Sequence record: OQ427096.1
DNA: 64,000 nucleotides
Strand: one strand, 5' to 3'
The notes under the pieces are model-generated. The model was given only the letters and a program-made list of their open reading frames with translations. It did not search any database and was not told the origin of the DNA. Positions 56,739 through 62,039 of the stretch are shown piece after piece. The number at the start of each line of letters is the position of its first letter. Position 1 is the first letter of the stretch. Position numbers and translations under genes: made by a program.

Positions 56739-56963
56739 ATGGAATACGCTGATTTTGAAAGCCGTAAGAAGCGCATCGAGCAGTTGATTGGTGAGGCTGA
56801 GGGCCTGCTCGAGGAAGCTCGCGAAATGTCCGATGGTCTCTTTGATGAAGGAGCAACGCGCTCCTGGCAGGCAAAGCCGTCATTCAGGTTTGAAGGCCCT
56901 ACGTATGGTATGGGCGGGTCGCTGCAGGATGGCGAATGGTTTGCATCGAGTCAGTCGTGCTAA
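56739..56963 (+). CDS. Small protein ending GPTYGMGG...WFASSQSC
   Basis: Paralogue of 56549-56728; GAGG RBS. Confidence 0.72.
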   Translation: MEYADFESRKKRIEQLIGEAEGLLEEAREMSDGLFDEGATRSWQAKPSFRFEGPTYGMGGSLQDGEWFASSQSC

Positions 56964-56978
56964 AAGAGTGAAAGGGTA

Positions 56979-57011
56979 GGGACATTGGCACTTCGGTGCC
57001 TTTGTCCTTTT
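56979..57011 (+). terminator. Intrinsic terminator
   Basis: GGACA-TT-GGCAC-TTCG-GTGCC-TT-TGTCC-TTTT. Confidence 0.8.
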
Positions 57012-57033
57012 AGGTAAACCAAAGGAATATCAT

Positions 57034-57561
57034 ATGCAACGTGACTTCATCGAAACCTGGTCTGGCGTCAACCTATACATGCCTGACCCAGATCCGGAAT
57101 CCATCCTCATCGAAGACATTGCGCACGCTCTGTCGAAGGTGTGTCGTTTTGCCGGTCATGTGGATCGCTTCTACTCTGTAGCTGAGCACTCCATCCACGT
57201 CTCCTACGCTGTACCTCCGGAACATTCTCTGCAAGCACTTCTGCATGATGCGACTGAGGCTTACCTGTGTGACATTCCTACTCCGTTCAAGCGGATGATT
57301 CCTGCCTATGCGGAACTGGAAGACAATCTATGGGCAGTGATTGCTGAAAAGTTTGGCGTGCCGTTCAAACTGCACGAGACTGTCAAGCTGGCGGATCGAA
57401 TGCTGCTCCTGTCGGAACGTGATGCACTCAAGGAACACTCCAAGCGCCAATGGCCTGCGGAATACGAGAACCATCGTCGTTGGGAAGGCTTCTATGAAAT
57501 GAACCTGACCCAGGAACAAACTGCTCGTGTCTTCCTCAAGCGATTTTCAGCTCTTCGGTAG
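57034..57561 (+). CDS. HD-domain phosphohydrolase (YfbR/YfdR-like)
   Basis: IEDIAHALS..CRFAGH...YSVAEHS, LLHDATEAY..DIPTPFK. Confidence 0.88.
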   Translation: MQRDFIETWSGVNLYMPDPDPESILIEDIAHALSKVCRFAGHVDRFYSVAEHSIHVSYAVPPEHSLQALLHDATEAYLCDIPTPFKRMIPAYAELEDNLWAVIAEKFGVPFKLHETVKLADRMLLLSERDALKEHSKRQWPAEYENHRRWEGFYEMNLTQEQTARVFLKRFSALR

Positions 57562-57599
57562 AGTAAATACTGGGAAGTAAACCCCAACATGGAATTGAA

Positions 57600-58644
57600 A
57601 TGAGTACCGAAGAAAAAGTGAGTGTGCTGCCTCTGCCGGAAGATCCTGCTTACCTCCAGTGGCTGCGAAAGGAAGGCTTTGAACTCGAAAGCACTGTCCC
57701 GATGGAATCAGACAGCATTGTCTGGGTTCGTAAGACAAAGTATGGCGTGCCACGTTGTCTGATGAATGGTGTTGTCCTTGTCGAGATCGTGAAGACCGGC
57801 GACCAGTTTAGCATGGGCGTTCGTGCCTCGGCTAAGAATTACTGGGGTGCGGCTTCCATCTATGGCATTGATGAAGAGAACCTTGTCAGGCTGGGTCGCC
57901 AGTACGAACAGCGAGTGGTGGACGCATGGCGGGAATTGAGCGCCTAAGAGAGCAGATTGTCGATTACCTTATCGCGAATAAGGAGGCAATCTTGATGACG
58001 CAGCAGTCTCAGTTCTGTGGACCTTGTGGTGGCATGAAAGTCACCACAGTCTACCGTAACCCAGATTGTGGTCAAATCGGAGTCTGGCTAGATGATTACA
58101 GACGAGAAACGGGCACTTGAGCCCCGAGATCGAGAGTACATCATTTTCGTTCTAGATGGAGCATACGCTCATGGTGAAAGTCTATCTGAGCACCTGCATC
58201 TGTTCGACGAATTTGAGATTACTCGTGCACAACGAAACGAAGTTATCTTAGCATCCGACTTTGGTCAAGATGAGGATCTTGTTTCAGCAATCACTTTATT
58301 TGGGTGACCTATGTCTTATACTTTTACGGACGGCTTGAAAGACGTCATCAACGGTAATTTTTCAAACGGTGGTGAGTCCAATCGCAGGTACGAAATGTGC
58401 AAGGCTTGCCCATTGTTCAATTCTGTCGTGCTCACATGTGGTTCTTGCGGATGCTTCATGCCCGCGAAAACCAAACTCGTTAACGCAACATGCCCTGAGG
58501 GCAAATGGTAAAATGACCTACCGAGACACGTATTTCTTCGACTTGTGCCGTGAGGCTGGGTTCGACGTAACCGATCCACACGATTGGGTCGAAATGAGTA
58601 TTTTCGCTAAGGAAGTGCTGATCGAAGAATCGGAAGAAGACTGA
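57600..58644 (+). CDS. Five small hypothetical proteins (57600-57947, 57926-58120, 58092-58307, 58311-58511 Cys-rich CPEGKW zinc finger, 58513-58644)
   Basis: Coupled ORFs; CKAC...CGSCGC...CPEGKW. Confidence 0.6.
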
Positions 58645-58710
58645 GGCTTGTTCTTTCACAGTGAATCTATAAACTATGATTTGTGGGCAGTGTGCCCCGA
58701 GGTGAAATGA

Positions 58711-58992
58711 ATGTTCAAGTGTCCTGTTTGTGGTGATTACTCCAATTCGGCTGCTTCATTGGAGTCGCACGCTGCTTGGAAGCACGGTCGACGCATTCGA
58801 GCTGAAAACTATCGTGCGCCATCGCATGATATGACACCGTCAAGTACTGGTGACGCACTTGTTGGTTTGGCTGTAGGATATGCTTTGTCATCGATGTTTG
58901 ATTCATCGAGTAGCGATTACAGTTCGTCATCGTCGGATTGGTCCGGTGGTGGCGGAGACTCTGGAGGCGGTGGCGCTTCTGGGGACTGGTAA
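58711..58992 (+). CDS. C2H2 zinc-finger protein with a Gly/Ser-rich tail
   Basis: CPVC...HAAWKH; GGGGDSGGGGASGDW. Confidence 0.7.
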   Translation: MFKCPVCGDYSNSAASLESHAAWKHGRRIRAENYRAPSHDMTPSSTGDALVGLAVGYALSSMFDSSSSDYSSSSSDWSGGGGDSGGGGASGDW

Positions 58993-59014
58993 AAAGTTGT
59001 AAAGATATAGTGGT

Positions 59015-59380
59015 ATGAAGCCAATCGAAAGGTTGCTTGGACGCGGGTTCGATTCCCGCCAGGTCCACCAAGAACACATTTGATCGCCTTAGCGGGCTTT
59101 CTCTAGTCAGAGCGGATCGTCCTTCGGTGTCTGACAAGATGGGAAGCGTGGGCAAGAGTAAGATGACGTGAGCACCACGGCAAGTGTGTTGTTGATGGGC
59201 CTGCCCAGGTTTCGACAGGCAGGTAATTAGAAACGAGCAGACCACTGTTGAGAGTATCCACTCAACTGAATAAAGATGCAAACTAGCTAAATGTCGCTGC
59301 TAACGACGCCGATTACTCCGTAGCTCGCTACGCCTAATCGCTCAGTCCTCGCCCCTACTGAGTTCCTCATTGGGGCCCCT
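59015..59380 (+). ncRNA. ssrA: Circularly permuted (two-piece) tmRNA
   Basis: Acceptor piece ending GGACGCGGGTTCGATTCCCGCCAGGTCCACCA (CCA at 59070) precedes coding piece GGGCCTG...TTCGAC (59197); G3:U70 pair; ANDA-type tag frame; downstream pseudoknot. Confidence 0.9.
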
Positions 59381-59427
59381 AATTTCATTCTTCGAGAGAT
59401 TAAATACGAAGAAAAGGCACACGAACA

Positions 59428-59823
59428 ATGACTGATAACGAACAACCAAAGCAGAGAATCAATCCTCGCATCTACGGATGGTTGTCCGATATCATGACCT
59501 GGGTCGGAGTGCTGTTCCTTGGTGTCATCCTCGGCAGCGCAATCACGCAGTCGATTGCCATCAAGGACCGTGATCTGTTGGTTTCATCCTACACCCAGAC
59601 GATCGCAACAAAAGATCAGTTGATTGAATCTTTGTCGGTGACAACGGTGAAGGCTGCTGACGTTGCACTCAATCAGAGTACGACTGAGGTAACCAAGGCA
59701 CTTGATACAATGTCTGAGCGCGATAAGACGCTGCGTGACATTGAGAAGCGAATTGAAACAAAGCAGCGCCAAGACGCAGCAAAGAAGGCTGCTGAGGAGC
59801 GTAAACTGCGAGGTCTCAAATGA
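59428..59823 (+). CDS. Inner-membrane spanin-like protein (second pair)
   Basis: Single TM plus coiled coil; GATTAAATA box at 59398-406. Confidence 0.7.
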   Translation: MTDNEQPKQRINPRIYGWLSDIMTWVGVLFLGVILGSAITQSIAIKDRDLLVSSYTQTIATKDQLIESLSVTTVKAADVALNQSTTEVTKALDTMSERDKTLRDIEKRIETKQRQDAAKKAAEERKLRGLK

Positions 59824-60032
59824 GAATTCTCGTCCTGTTGTTAGCACTTGTTCTCGCTGGATGTAAGCACGTTCCTTTGGATTTGACGGAACCGTGTTAT
59901 GTGCCACAAAAGACCACCGAGTCGGTTGATGAAGCTGTAAGGCTTGCCAATGACCGTCACGATGCTCTTGTGGAGTGTAATGCGAAACTAGAAAAGATCA
60001 GAACGATCTTAGACCCAAAGGCCAGTCAATGA
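59820..60032 (+). CDS. Outer-membrane lipoprotein spanin-like protein (second pair)
   Basis: LAG-C lipobox, two further Cys, ATGA overlap with the upstream TM gene. Confidence 0.75.
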   Translation: MRILVLLLALVLAGCKHVPLDLTEPCYVPQKTTESVDEAVRLANDRHDALVECNAKLEKIRTILDPKASQ

Positions 60033-60556
60033 GTTTTGAAACGTACCTGAAAGAATCAGCAGCAGCTGAGGAAGCACACAAACTGGGATTGTCCGCAGCC
60101 GGTTATGGCCTTTGGCGCGACAAGACCGGTAAGGTGGTGAAGAAGACCGTAGATGATAAACTTGTGGACGTTCGTGGCTCTGAGGCGAACCTGAAGCATC
60201 ATCACACCAACATTCCTCAGAACCGCGAAGGCAACCATGCAGAGCACGATCAGTCTTCGGACATTGTCTCTGCACATGAGACACCTGGAACATTCCGCGA
60301 AAGCGAAGTGACCAAGTATCACATCAACGAACACTCTGCGGTACATCCTGACAAGGCTGGAGAGCTGCACAACGCATTGGTTGGCGCAGGCTATAAGCAT
60401 TCTCCTTCGGCGTTTGGTCAGATGTATCAAAAAGGTAAGACCTCGGTGATGATCTCCAACCGTCCAGAGATTAGCGCAAAGCGCGGCGGAAAGAACGATC
60501 ATCACAGTGTTCTAATTCGTACCGATCATGTGGCAAAGAAGAAGCCTAAGAAGTAA
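60029..60556 (+). CDS. Probable internal head protein, His-rich
   Basis: N-terminal MSFETYLKE capsid-targeting-like motif. Confidence 0.6.
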   Translation: MSFETYLKESAAAEEAHKLGLSAAGYGLWRDKTGKVVKKTVDDKLVDVRGSEANLKHHHTNIPQNREGNHAEHDQSSDIVSAHETPGTFRESEVTKYHINEHSAVHPDKAGELHNALVGAGYKHSPSAFGQMYQKGKTSVMISNRPEISAKRGGKNDHHSVLIRTDHVAKKKPKK

Positions 60557-60568
60557 ACCTTTGAGGAT

Positions 60569-61433
60569 TTGATTATGAGCAGGCTGGAAGATTTTGTTAT
60601 GCCGGTAGGGACCGAAGAGATTCTCTTCATTGATGGCGAGCATCGTGTGGTAAAGATGACCGTCATTGATCGCCGTGAAGCAGGTATTAATCTGTTCCAC
60701 AATTTTCATATCCGTATGTTGCAGGATGCACATTTCATCTATGGTTTGAAAAAGAAAGAGGTTCTAAAGTCTCGTTGGGGTCACATGACACCTGATGAAT
60801 CTTTTGACCTTGCTCAGTCACTTAGCAGGATCGCGCTGGACCTCGGTCTGGTAGTTGGCAATGGAGTGAGGATTTAATTATGTGCGTTGTTTCGATGATT
60901 GGTGACTCGTTCCAGGATCGTTGGAAGGATCGTCTTCCGAATGATTGGACCATTCCGGCAATGCCGATGCCTTCGCAGCCTATGGCACCTCCGTTCAAGG
61001 AGCGCCGCATTGATGTATCGCATCCGTTCCAGGCGATCAGTCGCGTTGAGTTTGACCTCCTGAAAAAGGAAGTCGAAATCATGAAGGACCTTCTGGAGCG
61101 TGCTATCAAGTACGACAAGGACAACAATGAGCCTCATTGCGAGACGGAGAGCAAGATCGCATTCCTCAAGCAAGTGGCAAAGGCTGTTGGCGTTGACCTT
61201 GAAGAAGTCTTCGGTAAATAACAATGAAGAGCTTTTTTGACGAACAGGGTAGCTTCAATGAGGACGCCCGACAGTTCACAAAAGACGCGCAAGAGATCCT
61301 AAGGCCATTAATGCAGAAATATGCCGGTGCCGGATTTAGCTCGCGTGAAATAGTTTACCTCATTTCAGATGTGGCTTCGATTGAAGAGATCTACATCCGC
61401 CAGGTAAAGAGAATCAGAGATAAGCGTCCTTAG
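60569..61433 (+). CDS. Three hypothetical proteins (60569-60877, 60880-61221, 61224-61433)
   Basis: Closely spaced ORFs; the last stop codon lies inside tRNA-Val. Confidence 0.6.
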
Positions 61434-61499
61434 ATCAGTTGGTAGATCATCTGCTCGACACGCAGAAGGCCACAGGTTCAAGTCCTGTAGGACGCACCA
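61424..61499 (+). tRNA. tRNA-Val(GAC) with C33
   Basis: GCGTCCT/AGGACGC stem, loop TCGACAC, TTCAAGT T-loop, encoded CCA. Confidence 0.9.
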
Positions 61500-61505
61500 A
61501 GTTTT

Positions 61506-61583
61506 GCCTTAGTAGAGAATTGGTAGATCGGCTCCGCTCAAAACGGAGTGTCATTGTCGGTTCGAGTCCGACCTGAGGCACCA
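61506..61583 (+). tRNA. tRNA-Leu(CAA) with an unusually short variable region
   Basis: GCCTTAG/CTGAGGC, loop CTCAAAA, TTCGAGT, CCA. Confidence 0.88.
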
Positions 61584-61585
61584 AG

Positions 61586-61765
61586 ATGACAAACGAAGAA
61601 AAGATCGCTGCAAAGGCAGCAGAAGTAGTACACTACGAAGGAGTCCTTGAACGTTACGGTTCGGGTCGCTGGCTTGACATGGGTCGCCGTCACCTGGCTG
61701 AATTGAACAGGGAACTTCAAGAGTTACGCTCTCAAAGTATTGATGGTGATACGCCGCCCTCGTAA
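61586..61765 (+). CDS. Possible 59-aa ORF between tRNAs, ending inside tRNA-Thr
   Basis: MTNEEKIAAK...; GAGG of the tRNA-Leu 3' stem lies 7 nt upstream. Confidence 0.45.
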   Translation: MTNEEKIAAKAAEVVHYEGVLERYGSGRWLDMGRRHLAELNRELQELRSQSIDGDTPPS

Positions 61766-61802
61766 CGCGGATAAGACAGTTCAAGTCTGTCTGAGAGCAC
61801 CA
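61728..61802 (+). tRNA. tRNA-Thr(CGT)
   Basis: GCTCTCA/TGAGAGC, loop CTCGTAA, C31:C39 mismatch, CCA. Confidence 0.88.
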
Positions 61803-61808
61803 AAACCT

Positions 61809-61884
61809 GGCTATGTGGGTGAGCGGTTTAGCCGACGTCCTCATAAGGCGTTTCACACTGGTTCGAATCCAGTCATAGCCACCA
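61809..61884 (+). tRNA. tRNA-Met(CAT), elongator type (Ile2 not excluded)
   Basis: GGCTATG/CATAGCC, loop CTCATAA, CCA. Confidence 0.88.
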
Positions 61885-61893
61885 ATTGAAACG

Positions 61894-61920
61894 AGCCCTG
61901 TTCATTCAGGGCTTTTCCTT
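61894..61920 (+). terminator. Terminator after the tRNA cluster
   Basis: AGCCCTG-TTCATT-CAGGGCT-TTTCCTT. Confidence 0.7.
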
Positions 61921-61933
61921 GGCTGGTCAGGTA

Positions 61934-61996
61934 TAAGTCCTTGATACTCTATTGTTCATAGTGGGTGTCCTGTATTATAACCACTATAGCTTGTGG
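61934..61996 (+). promoter_or_regulatory. nrdA upstream region: IHF-like site, TTGTTC -35 and tandem NrdR-box-like sites
   Basis: TAAGTCCTTGATA (61934-46); CCACTATAGCTTGTGG (61981-96) plus a half-matching box 32 bp upstream (61949-64). Confidence 0.55.
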
Positions 61997-62039
61997 GTAA
62001 ATAAAAACCCCGTCATATTGAGGAAGTCAGGTGTAAGGC

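Noticed and set aside
61424-61884. Amber suppressor tRNA to read the tmRNA TAG, or genome-wide TAG recoding
   Set aside because: The four tRNAs have GAC, CAA, CGT and CAT anticodons; core genes are intact in the standard code, and TAG serves as a stop in some ORFs.
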